Source: a virus. From it: 64,000 nt of DNA. Shown in pieces: positions 29,858-40,835 of the stretch; within the stretch, counting starts at the first letter, position 1, and each line of letters begins with the position of its first letter. Where the stretch lies: positions 25,629 to 89,628 of the IMG/VR virus record IMGVR_UViG_3300028920_000056; one strand, given 5' to 3'. Below the pieces are notes generated by a model. It was not told where the DNA came from. It saw only the letters and a program-made list of their open reading frames with translations, and ran no database searches. The position numbers and the translations under genes were made by a program.

Positions 29858-30430
29858 ATGACTAGAGAGCAAATAAAGAAAAAATTAAATTTAAGTAGTA
29901 TTGGCGATTTTCTTGAAGGCAGAGCTTGGGTCCAGAAAAATGGTAAATTTGGTCATGTTGACAAAAATGGCAATATTACAACGCCAATAGTTTATGATGA
30001 CGTTGGCAATTTCAAAGAAGGCAGAACTTGGGTTGAGAAAAATGGTAAATGCGGTCATGTTGATCTAAATAGTAAAGTAACAACGCCTATAATTTATGAT
30101 AACGTTGGCAATTTCAAAGAAGGCAGAGCTCGAGTTAAGAAAAATGGTAAATGGGGTCATGTTGATAAAAATGGCAATATAACAACGCCTATAATCTATG
30201 ATGATGTTGGCTCTTTCCAAGAAGGCAAAGCTTGGGTCCAGAAAAACAATAAATATGGCCATGTTGATCTAAATGGCAAAGTGACAACGCCAATAATTTA
30301 TGACGATATTGGTTATTTCCAAGAAGGCAAAGGATGGGCGGAAATTAACAAAGTATATATTGATATAAATAAAAATGGTATACCAATTAAACATAAAGAT
30401 TTTTATAATTTAATAAAAGGATTATTCTAA
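29858..30430 (+). CDS. WG (KWG)-repeat protein
   Basis: About 4.5 copies of a 34-aa repeat F.EGRAWV.KNGKWGHVD.NG.ITTPIIYDDVG; 102-nt DNA repeat still visible. Confidence 0.9.
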   Translation: MTREQIKKKLNLSSIGDFLEGRAWVQKNGKFGHVDKNGNITTPIVYDDVGNFKEGRTWVEKNGKCGHVDLNSKVTTPIIYDNVGNFKEGRARVKKNGKWGHVDKNGNITTPIIYDDVGSFQEGKAWVQKNNKYGHVDLNGKVTTPIIYDDIGYFQEGKGWAEINKVYIDINKNGIPIKHKDFYNLIKGLF

Positions 30431-31718
30431 TGAAATATTTAGTTTGCATAAATCATGAAGGTATACAATGTAAAATGCAACTTGGGCATGAGCCTGAGAG
30501 GACAGAACTAGAAATTAAGAGTGCACAAAACAGAAATTTAATAAAAGAGATTTTCTTTAGAAAAGAAGATCCAAGAACAGATATATCTTTCATAAATGAT
30601 CAAAAAGAGATAGCGGCTGAAATAATGAAGAAATATGATGTTAGCACTGGCTATTATGGATATCAAATACGCAAGACTACAATAGGTAAACATATTGAAG
30701 TAGTAGTTGACATGCCTGAAAAAGAGTTTAATAAATCACAAGGTAGTTTAGAAGGGGCAATCAATATTTTACATCATACTACAAAGTTGATGTCTCCTAA
30801 AGCAAAAACAAAAGATGCAGCAAAGATTGTATTGAAGTGGATCAACAGATTAGAGTCTGAGAAGGAGATTGATTAAATGCTATGGGATGAATTCAAAGAA
30901 GGTGATATTGTTGAATATAAAGGATTACATGTTTTTAAAACATTTTTCTGGATAAGAAGAAAATTTAAGTCTGCTGAAAGGGCACTAGTTGTTGAGCTCA
31001 TTAAGTGGAATAAAAACTCTAGATTTCATATTCATAAAATAAAATCTTACTGGGGAAAAAATTGGTTTAATGAAGAATGGAGACACAAACAATATACGAC
31101 GTCAAGTAGAAAAGAATTATTTGATGAGATATTTAAGTCATGAAAAAAGTAATAATTTATGGCATAATAAAAAAACCGTTTCAGATATTAATAGCAAAAG
31201 CGTTTTATTCTTTTGATATTGGAGAAACTTCTGTTTCTGGTGAGAGATATGAATTTGTAGAAGATGATGTTATAATTGATGTTAACTGGGGATTTTATGG
31301 AGATTATGAAAATGGGGAGTTTGAAGAAATTCCTGATAATGTTAATGAAGCTGACACAATTGAAGAAGCTTATAGAGAAATAATAATGAGAATTATTTAA
31401 TGAAATATTTGGAGGCTAATTATGGTTAAACCACGAATTCTTGGAAAGTGGTATATAAACAATAAAAAAGATTATATGAATTTTGTTTTAGCTGTTGATA
31501 TTCGGGGTGGATATATTACTATTGGAATTAAGCCTCCATATACAGAAATTAATATGTATCATCTTGTTGATAAAAATGGTAGTGGCTACCTAACCAAACT
31601 TATTGATGCAGACGAATCAGAAATAAGTAGATTAAATAGTTTAATAATTAAATATATTTTTGAAGATTTAGTCGAGTTTAACTACTTTAGAGACTATTTG
31701 GAGAATTATGGAGGCTAA
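30430..31718 (+). CDS. four hypothetical ORFs (30430, 30877, 31140, 31422) with IF-type tag
   Basis: RNLIKEIFF, RKELFDEIFKS, YREIIMRII, NSLIIKYIFE. Confidence 0.6.
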
Positions 31719-31720
31719 TT

Positions 31721-32425
31721 ATGTCTTATGAAAATTTAAAAAACTTTGTAATGAGAAGAATGGGCTTTCCCAGAATTAAAATATACTTAACTCCTGAACA
31801 AATAGAAGATTGTCTATGGGAGGCACTGAACAGATATTATGAATATATAGAAGGCGACATGAAAGAAACTTATCTTACTGGTTTTTCTGGTCAGGGGACA
31901 TTTGATATACCTGCAACTATTGTCCCTAGATATATTCATGAAGTAATTTTTAAACCGTCTGATCCATTACTTTCTCTAACAGGTGTAATGCAAGATGTTT
32001 ATGTTTTGTACTACTTACAGAATGCCGGCGGAGCTTCAAATTTCATAGTTGATTACTGGCTAACTCTTGCAAGCTATGAAGAATATGTAAGAGTTCTTGG
32101 TAATCAACCACATTGGCAGATTATAGATGGCGACAAAATAAAGTTAGATCCAGTTCCGTCTATAGATTTTACTATTGGTATAAAATATATGGCTCTTCCT
32201 TCTGAAACAGTTATTGAAAATATAAGGTGGATTAGACTATATACACTTGCACTTGCTAAAGGAGTTGAAGGAGAAATTAGAAGTAAATTCTCTTCTTTCT
32301 CTGCAGGATCAGGTGAGATTTCATTAAATGGTGACGCATTAAAAGCAGAATCACAAGCAGAACTACAAAAACTAGAAGATGAGTTATTCTCAAAACAAGA
32401 TCCGCTCTATGGAATTTACGGTTAG
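31721..32425 (+). CDS. neck protein (T4 gp13-like)
   Basis: LKNFVMRRMGFPRIKIYLTPEQIEDC...WIRLYTLALAK..EGEIRSKF...ISLNGDALKAE. Confidence 0.85.
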   Translation: MSYENLKNFVMRRMGFPRIKIYLTPEQIEDCLWEALNRYYEYIEGDMKETYLTGFSGQGTFDIPATIVPRYIHEVIFKPSDPLLSLTGVMQDVYVLYYLQNAGGASNFIVDYWLTLASYEEYVRVLGNQPHWQIIDGDKIKLDPVPSIDFTIGIKYMALPSETVIENIRWIRLYTLALAKGVEGEIRSKFSSFSAGSGEISLNGDALKAESQAELQKLEDELFSKQDPLYGIYG

Positions 32426-32675
32426 TTGATCACCAAATTTCTAAACAAAAGCCGCTATAACTCGCTAAAAGAATATAACGATTATGAATATTGGATTATA
32501 AAAGAGGACACTTTAGAGGTTAAGAAATATAATGAAACTAACAGAATTAATAAAAACAAATAGATTGAAAGCAGGAATGCTATTCTATCATACATTTCAA
32601 AGCGTGGAAGGTATATATTATTTAGTCATAAAAGTTAATAGAAAAGCTTAAATTAATTGAAAATATATTTGACAA

Positions 32676-34448
32676 GTGAGATTTTTAGAAGAAATGATTG
32701 GAATTGAAGAGAAAAAATTATTTAGAAAACTACTCCAAAGATATGGTTCATACATAAGAGATGTAGAAACTGTTGACTATATTCCAGGTATTAAGCCACT
32801 TTTTATTTTTCATTGGCTTGCAGAACACAAATATGTTATGTGCAGAAAGTGGCATATTGATTTAAATCAATCTCAATCAGGATTTAATATTTATGTGCCA
32901 AAATTTTATGACTTGTTGGAGAAAAAATGGTTCGGTGGAATGTATTTTACATCAGCCGCAGTTGTTAATAATAAAACGACATTTAAAAAAATATTAAATT
33001 ATTTAGCTGATGGAAATGTTGAAGAGGCAAACAAATTGTTTTATAAACCCAGACGAATAATAAGGAATATATTTAATGAAAGATAATGAAATAGTAGTAG
33101 GCGATTTATTATATTATCTCGATCGAGATAATATGAATTTTAATTATCTTTATTGTCGAGCTATTAATAAAAATAAATTATACTTTATACAATTTAAATT
33201 CTTAGTGAATATAAAAAAGTTAATTATTAGAGAAAGATATATCCTGACTAGAGTTGAGTGGAACGACAAACATCTTATTTTTAAATATTTCATAAAAGAT
33301 GATGAAGCTAAGCACCAACTAGTTGAGCGTATTTTTAAAGTGGAAATAGAAGATATAAGGTATTTTGATAAATGAAATATTTTGTAGTTGTACCAAATTT
33401 AAAGCCTCAAGTTATAATCTTTTTTGAATTTATAAAAGAATTGTCAGAAGCTCATAAATATCGTATAGGAAGACGGTGGTATACTAAAAAGATAGTAAAA
33501 TATAAAGCACGAGAAAATGGTGTCTATTTTGAAATACATATCTACTCACTTATTAAACGAGAGTCTGGCTATAAATTTATAAGACCACCAATAAATGGAG
33601 AAATATTTGATTCATTTTCAAAAGCAGCTAGATATCTTATTGTTAGGTTGTTTAAATAATGAAAAATGGAATTTGGTATGAAATAGATCAAAAAAACTTT
33701 TTTAGTATCGCACACCAGTATTAATACATTTTTCTAATGAAAGATAAAGTGTTTGGATTTGATTGGCCTTCTAATAAATTTAGAACATATTCTAGAGCAG
33801 CATTAGAACCTGTATCAAAAGGGTTCAATATGGACTAAAATAGGTACTGACCTTATAAGTAGAGAATTAATAAAATTTATATTTGGATGTAGGTAAACAT
33901 GACATTTAAAGAACTAAAATCTGGAATGATTCTATATGACTCTATTGGAGAAAAAATAATGTTTATTATTAATGTTAAGAATGAGAATACAACTGTTGAA
34001 TATGTGAGTGCACTTATTTTTTCTCCAATTATAACTACTTTAACATCTTATTTTATTGACATAATAACATGGCATGATCGTTATAGCAAAAGCTGCAAGC
34101 TTGCCACAAGTAAACAACTAAGAAAAGAAATAATGAAAATGTATGGGGCAACAACAAGTGATTAAGTTTAAAGAAGTAAAAAGAGGGATGTTTTTATGGC
34201 ACATACTTGATGATGAATATACTGCATATTTTTATGTCCAAGAAAAATCAACCGAAGGAGTTACTGGATTATGGGTTATATATAATACTTCAGATCGTAT
34301 ATTTGTTTATATACCAAATAGATTCTTCTCGAAGCGAACTTTTAGTATAAAATTAGATAAATGGAGTATTTTGTGGCGCATGAAATTGCAAGAAAGAAAA
34401 CACTTGTTCAGAATTATTTTTGATGCAAAAGAGTTTCATAAAGAATAA
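32676..34448 (+). CDS. cluster of small hypothetical ORFs (32676, 33076, 33372, 33899, 34143) with IF-type tag, plus a decayed copy at 33659-33896
   Basis: RRIIRNIF, KHQLVERIF, RYLIVRLF, RKEIMKMY, RKHLFRIIF; remnant ends SRELIKFIFGCR*. Confidence 0.6.
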
Positions 34449-34742
34449 CGCATAATTATATTAAAGTGGCAACAATGAATAGACAACAAGAAATATTAAA
34501 CGAAATTGAAAAAAAAGAACGTGATAAAAGAATAGAAAAGCATTTAAAGAAACGTGATTTATTTGTTTCTTTAATAGCTGCAATAAAGAGTGGAAATAAA
34601 CTTTTGACTACCGAGCTAACGAATAAAGTACCAAAATATAAAATTAAAGATTTTATTTGGAAGCTGGGACGTTATAAATTTAAACAATATCCACTTACTA
34701 AAATGGCTATTAGTCAATTGAGGTGGAGAAAAGGGGGTTAAA

Positions 34743-35318
34743 ATGCACCCGCATAACATTCTCCTATTAGATGTAGACAATACAATAGTTATTGCAAAAG
34801 ACAATTATATTTACAAAATCATCAATGGAAAAGAAATAGCATTGACGCCTGCCGAATTTGCCCAAGAAGATATACACAATAATAGATATGATTTCAGAGA
34901 TTTTGAAGACCCAGATAGAATAAAAAGCGCAATTATGCATGGGCAACCAATAGTCTATGTACTAGATTTTATGAGAGATAAACTAGACAATGGTTGGGAA
35001 GTTGGAATCTTAACAGCTAGACCAAGAGGAAAGCTTATTAAGAAAATATTGCGAACATGGCTTTTTTGTAGAGATGAAGAAGGAAAATGGACACAAATTG
35101 GCGATAAACTTAAAAGAGTGTTTGCAATTGGTGAAGTCGGTGGTACTTGTTCTTCTAATGTAGAAAAGAAAATAGCAGTATTAAAAAGAATGTGTAAAGA
35201 ATATGAACATGTAATGTTCATAGATGATGATCAAAGTAATATAGAAGCAGCAAGACAATTAAAATTAGATAATCTTATTGCTATCAACACAAACGATTTA
35301 AAATTTATTGTTAGGTAA
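34743..35318 (+). CDS. HAD-superfamily phosphatase (PNK-phosphatase-like)
   Basis: LLDVDNTI (DxDxT), ILTAR, K, FIDDD motifs. Confidence 0.85.
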   Translation: MHPHNILLLDVDNTIVIAKDNYIYKIINGKEIALTPAEFAQEDIHNNRYDFRDFEDPDRIKSAIMHGQPIVYVLDFMRDKLDNGWEVGILTARPRGKLIKKILRTWLFCRDEEGKWTQIGDKLKRVFAIGEVGGTCSSNVEKKIAVLKRMCKEYEHVMFIDDDQSNIEAARQLKLDNLIAINTNDLKFIVR

Positions 35319-35641
35319 ATAAAATACTATCCTTAAAATTAACTACTCATAATGCGAAAGATAATCATATATGAGATTTAACGAAGTAAATAGTTCCGAA
35401 ATGTTATTTTGCACATATACTAATGTAGATATTTTTTCTTACATTATTAATAAATATAAAGGTAGTTGTGATTTATTAATAATAAAATTTTGGGATAACA
35501 TGTCTAAAGTATATGTAGTTAGACTCAGCAGTATTTCTAAAGTAGTTTTTGATAGTAAAAAATATATTTATATTAGAACACACAAAATCAATAAAAAAGT
35601 TTTATTTCAAAAAATATTTAGTAAAAAATGGAAGTATGTAG

Positions 35642-36154
35642 ATGAGCGATAAATTTGAATTATACGATGATTTAAATAATTTTGAGATAGATTTATTTAA
35701 CGAAGTTGATCAAGAAAAAATTAATATTGAAGGCGCACCATTTACTATTTGGAAATTTGATTTGGCAGCAACAAAAGAGACTGATGATTCTATACCAGAT
35801 GATGGCTTAGATCTAAATCTACTATATGGCGAAGCACTTCCTGAAAATTTTGTATATGAAAAAGCGCCACAAAAATTAAAAGGTAGTTATTTAGAACCTA
35901 CATGGACTCAAGATTTAATGGCTTTTGGTATTACTGAACCTGAAGAGATAAATATAAAATTTAATAAACAACAAGTAATTGATTTACTTGGTAGAACATT
36001 TCTTATTGGCGACATTATTAAAACATTTCATGAAAAACATTATATAATAGAAGATACATATGTTAGTGAAGAAACTGGTATTTGGGAATATATCCATATT
36101 AATGTAATAGCAAGAAAAGTAGATGTTTCACAAGTAAATTTGCCCGAGGCTTAA
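35642..36154 (+). CDS. head completion/neck protein (gp14-like)
   Basis: NLLYGEA, LMAFGITE, GDII motifs and position in the neck-tail block. Confidence 0.65.
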   Translation: MSDKFELYDDLNNFEIDLFNEVDQEKINIEGAPFTIWKFDLAATKETDDSIPDDGLDLNLLYGEALPENFVYEKAPQKLKGSYLEPTWTQDLMAFGITEPEEINIKFNKQQVIDLLGRTFLIGDIIKTFHEKHYIIEDTYVSEETGIWEYIHINVIARKVDVSQVNLPEA

Positions 36155-37200
36155 TTTGAAAGATTATATTTATCTATATAATGACAAATTAAGAGTACGA
36201 ACATTTCTTAGATGCACAAAGCATTCTAGAGGTAGATTACAAGTTTTAGATATTTTTATTGATGAAGCTGGTGTTTTTGAATTTGGAGAAATATTTGTTC
36301 CCAATCCAAATATGTTATATGACAAATACAGTTTAGTTCACAGGATATTTAAAGAATAATGAAAGATTTAAAAATGGCTTAATTTGAAAGAGGTTAGAGT
36401 TAAAAAATGAAATTCTTTTATCTTGTAGATGAAACTAAAAAAACAGATATACATTACTTATTTCAAATTGAATTGAGTGGTAAAATTGATCCTGATGGTC
36501 GCCATGAAGTAAAAATTATAAAAATTATACATTGTGAAGGATTTTACAAATATGAGCCTGGCGAAATTATTCATATTAAAAATGCTTTGAATGAGAAAGA
36601 ATTATTAAGAGAAATATTTAAAAATGGCTGAATTTGAAACTACAATAAAACTAGATTTTTCAGATGATAAATTAAACACTAAAATAGATAAAATAATAGC
36701 AGATTATTTTAAAGGTAAGATGACGCCTGAATTAAATAAAATTTTAAAAAAAGCATTGTTTTTAAAAAGTAAGCCAGCAAAACAAACTTCGTTGAAAAAT
36801 TTTAGAAATAAAAATGCTGGACTTTTTACTAAATTGTTGTTAGAAGACATGAAGAATGAAAATGCTATAGTTACATATAATGAGGAAGCTGAAAAAGAAT
36901 CTTTAAGCATTACTGTTGAATTAAGCAAAGAAGAGCAAAAACAGTTTATTAATTATCCAGATGATTTAATATTAAAAAAGATAGCAAAACTAGATGATAA
37001 CGAAAGTAAGAAAAAGTTTAATGTTGCCATCGAAAAAGGAGATTTTGAAGAATAATGTTAAAAAGAAATATTGCAACTAAAAATAAATTAAATTATATAG
37101 AATTTTTTAGTTTTTGTGAAGAGGAGGTGTTAAAATTTTAACAACGTACCCAATTTTTGCCGAATATCACTTTTATATTAAGCAGTGGCTAAAAACTATA

Positions 37201-37827
37201 ATGACTTTACCAAGATTAGAAGCAATGAGCCCAGCTCCAGTAATTCCAGTAGTTTATTCTTCACCACGAAGAGCTTGGGCCACTGGCAGTTCTGCAGTGG
37301 CCGGTGGTGATGCTGGGGGAGGAATATTATACGCCCCACCTAGTCAAGGAAATAATTTTTTACCCATTGTGTTTTTTAATTATACAAATGCTACACCTAT
37401 TTTAGATAGAACAATTCCTTATGAGCACATTTTCAGAAAAAAAATGCAAGATAATAATAATAGTGTACAATACAAGCTTAATAAACCAATGCTTGTATAT
37501 GAGCTTACATACACTGCATCATTGTATTGTGCGTTAATGCAAGATTGTGATATATTAGTATTTAGGTTTATGACTGAATTCAGACCACAATCACATTTAT
37601 GGATTGGAGATAAAGGCGATGCTGGTGATCGAACTAAAGGATTATATGCACATATGGTATTAGATAGTGTAACTGATGCAACTGAATATGAGCCTGGAGA
37701 TATAGGAGAAAGAGTGGTAAGAAAAGATTTTAGTTGGAAAATCACAGAAGCTTATGTTCCAACTATTCCATATCAGATTGACGAAAAGATAATTAGAGAT
37801 GTATATATTACTATAAATGAAGGATAA
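37201..37827 (+). CDS. tail completion/sheath terminator-like protein (gp15-like); start possibly ATT 37135
   Basis: IPVVYSSPRRAW, LPIVFF, P.LVYELTY pattern; just upstream of the sheath gene. Confidence 0.6.
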   Translation: MTLPRLEAMSPAPVIPVVYSSPRRAWATGSSAVAGGDAGGGILYAPPSQGNNFLPIVFFNYTNATPILDRTIPYEHIFRKKMQDNNNSVQYKLNKPMLVYELTYTASLYCALMQDCDILVFRFMTEFRPQSHLWIGDKGDAGDRTKGLYAHMVLDSVTDATEYEPGDIGERVVRKDFSWKITEAYVPTIPYQIDEKIIRDVYITINEG

Positions 37828-38026
37828 TATATGAAATACTTAATAAAAAATAAAACCAGCAAAAATATAGTATTACTAGTTGATGGTTGTACTACTTTTT
37901 TGTATCCAAGAGGGAAAAAAAGAGATTTTAAAATAGTGGATGCATTAACACCACAATTAAAAAATTTGAAAAAGTTAAAATTTATTCAAATTACGAAAAT
38001 AGACAAAAACAAGGAGGCTTAAGAAG

Positions 38027-40747
38027 ATGGCTCACAATTTAAAAAGTCCAGGTGTCTCATTAGATATCAAAGATAATTCAGAATATGTAGTTGGGTCACA
38101 GGGAACAGTAGCCGCAGCTGTTGGATTTGCTGAAAGAGGGCCAATTGGAGAACCAACTCTCATATTATCAGAAGAAGATTGGATTAATACATTTGGAAAT
38201 CCAATTGAAGACAATTGTTATTTTGGTATGTTTGCCAAATTATTCTTAGATTATTCTGTAGGATATTTCACTAGAATTGCAAAAGCAAGTGAATATGAAG
38301 CAGTAACAGGTACAGTAGCACCTGATTTTACTGCTTTCCCCGCTGCTGGAGTTATGTGGATTGAATTAGAAGATTTCCCAATTCCAAACAATGGAATATT
38401 TAGAGTTGAATTAGCTTCTGCCGCAACAGATCTAGATGATTTAGTTACTAAAATAAATACAGCAATGGCATTAGTTGATTTACCAGATGGTACTACTAAA
38501 TTAGGTACATATCTAACAGCTCAAGCAGATGATACTGAAACTTACTTAGAAATTAAATCTGATAATTATTTAAACGTTGTAATTACAATTCATGCTGATG
38601 GTGGAGTAAATAATATAGTTGGAATTAGTACTAATCAAATTGGTATTGCTGATGAAGCTGCTTCTACAGATACTAATTCTTACAAATATGCTTGGAATAG
38701 AATCCCAATAAATGAAACAGATGCCACAGCTGCTGCTATAGTTGGTGCTACAATTACAACAGAAGATCTGAATAGATTATCAGCATTCAATAAAGTAAAC
38801 ATTGCAGTAGATGGAAATTCAACAAATCAATACAAAGTATATGAAGATGTTAATATTACTCCTGCAACTGGTAATCCAGCAACATTTGCAATTTTAGAGG
38901 CTGCTAATGCTGCAACTTATACGTTAGACATAGATGGTGATACATTTGATATTACATTAGCTGGATTCTATCATTTCATGACTGGTGACGTAACTGGAGA
39001 TGTTAATACTACTCATACTATTACTACAGCTGGTGCTGCACTTGCTGATGCTGCTGCGTTAGTAGCGGCACTTAACACAGCACTTTCTAATGTTGCAATC
39101 AACGCTAACGCATTAGATGATTATATCAAATTTGAAGTTTATGATACTAATAAAATAAGAATAATTGAAGGAAATGGTGCTAAAAAAAATTACGGTTCGC
39201 AATGCTCAGTAACTATTGCTGATAATACTGGTACTATAGCTTCTCTTGGTTATACAACTACTACAAATGATAGTGCTTCAGGTGGTGATTCAACTTATAC
39301 AGCTGATGGTGTTGCAACTAAGATTAATGCTGCTATTGCTGAAGCAAGTATAACATCAGCAACAAACATTATAACAATGACAAGTAATAGAACAGGAACA
39401 ACATCTTATATAATTATTAATGATGCAACAACTACTACTGAAAATGCTATTGATATTATACACTTTACTGATGGTGATGATGACACTGGAACAAATTTAT
39501 TAACTGATGCTGTTGTTAATTTTGTTGCAAAAGAAGCTGGTACATGGGGAAATACTTTAAAAGTTATAACATCAACTTCAACTAATCCTGTATCAGGTGC
39601 AACAGAATATAACATTGAAGTTTTTGAAGATGACAATTCTGTTGAATATTGGAGCAATGTTAGTTGGACAGATGATACTGCAACAAACTATGTAAAAACT
39701 GTATTGGCTAATTCAAGTTATGTCGATGTTGATTTTGGTGAAACTGTTCAGTATCCAAATACAGATACTGGAACAGCTCCTTCAGCAGCACCACCAAATA
39801 ATGCTGATACTGGCAATCCAGAATACTGGGAATTAGCAGGTGGTAATGATGGAATTCCAACAGTAGCAACTGAAACTGATGCCCTGGCAGTAACTGCATT
39901 AGATGATTACAGTGACAAAGAACAATATGTTATTGACATACTTTTGGCACCAGGTTTAACTGGTAATGCAGTAGTTTCTAAACTTCAAACAGTTGCTGAT
40001 GCAAGAAAGGATATTTTAGCAATTGCAGATCCACCATATGCATTGACATGGAAAGAAATTATTGATTGGCATAATGGAGATTATCCAACTGCTGATGGCT
40101 CAACAAGTCTTAGCTCAAAATATATTACATTTGCTTGGGGGTGGCAGAAAGATTATGACGCAGCTAATGAACAATATGTTGATTTACCACCATCAATCTA
40201 CCATGCTGTCGCAATGGCTTATACAGAAAAAGAAGCTAATATTTGGGATGCACCAGCTGGTCCTACTAATGGTATTGTTAGATCAATATCATCTTATACA
40301 AAACCTACTTCTACTCAAAGAGAATATCTAAACAATGATGTAGACCCTGCATGTGTTAATCCTATTGTTAGTTTTCCAAACGAAGGAATAACGATATATG
40401 GACAGAAAACATGTCTAAGACAAAATAAAGCTATGAACAGAATTAATGTCGTAAGACTTGTTAATTCTATAGCAAGAAATATAGAAAGAATTTCTAGAGC
40501 ATACGTTTTCAGATTAAATAATGAAACAACTTGGGGAGATTTAACAAGAGCAATAAGATCTTATCTTTCTAATATAGCAGAAAGAGGTGGATTAACAAGC
40601 TATGGAGTTACAATTGAACCAAGTGATACAGAAATAGATCAGTTGATAATTTCTGGTAAAGTATTCATTCAACCAGTAAAAGTTGCTGAAAAAATATATT
40701 TAGATCTTACTATCCAGAATACGGGAGCTTCAGTAGCAGTGGCTTAA
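38027..40747 (+). CDS. tail sheath protein (gp18-like) with inserted domains
   Basis: SPGVS...VGFAERGPIGEP; GTWGN; LAGGNDG; WDAPAG; VNPIV; IYGQKT; RINVVRL. Confidence 0.95.
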   Translation: MAHNLKSPGVSLDIKDNSEYVVGSQGTVAAAVGFAERGPIGEPTLILSEEDWINTFGNPIEDNCYFGMFAKLFLDYSVGYFTRIAKASEYEAVTGTVAPDFTAFPAAGVMWIELEDFPIPNNGIFRVELASAATDLDDLVTKINTAMALVDLPDGTTKLGTYLTAQADDTETYLEIKSDNYLNVVITIHADGGVNNIVGISTNQIGIADEAASTDTNSYKYAWNRIPINETDATAAAIVGATITTEDLNRLSAFNKVNIAVDGNSTNQYKVYEDVNITPATGNPATFAILEAANAATYTLDIDGDTFDITLAGFYHFMTGDVTGDVNTTHTITTAGAALADAAALVAALNTALSNVAINANALDDYIKFEVYDTNKIRIIEGNGAKKNYGSQCSVTIADNTGTIASLGYTTTTNDSASGGDSTYTADGVATKINAAIAEASITSATNIITMTSNRTGTTSYIIINDATTTTENAIDIIHFTDGDDDTGTNLLTDAVVNFVAKEAGTWGNTLKVITSTSTNPVSGATEYNIEVFEDDNSVEYWSNVSWTDDTATNYVKTVLANSSYVDVDFGETVQYPNTDTGTAPSAAPPNNADTGNPEYWELAGGNDGIPTVATETDALAVTALDDYSDKEQYVIDILLAPGLTGNAVVSKLQTVADARKDILAIADPPYALTWKEIIDWHNGDYPTADGSTSLSSKYITFAWGWQKDYDAANEQYVDLPPSIYHAVAMAYTEKEANIWDAPAGPTNGIVRSISSYTKPTSTQREYLNNDVDPACVNPIVSFPNEGITIYGQKTCLRQNKAMNRINVVRLVNSIARNIERISRAYVFRLNNETTWGDLTRAIRSYLSNIAERGGLTSYGVTIEPSDTEIDQLIISGKVFIQPVKVAEKIYLDLTIQNTGASVAVA

Positions 40748-40835
40748 TCTGCTGCTACTTTCCCTAAAAAATGAATATTATCTTAATTTTCAAAAAGATA
40801 TATTTATATGATTCTAAAACGGAGGAAAACTAGTT

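Noticed and set aside
29895-30340. DGR template/variable repeat pair
   Set aside because: Repeats are in-frame WG units, differences are not adenine-specific, and no reverse transcriptase is present.
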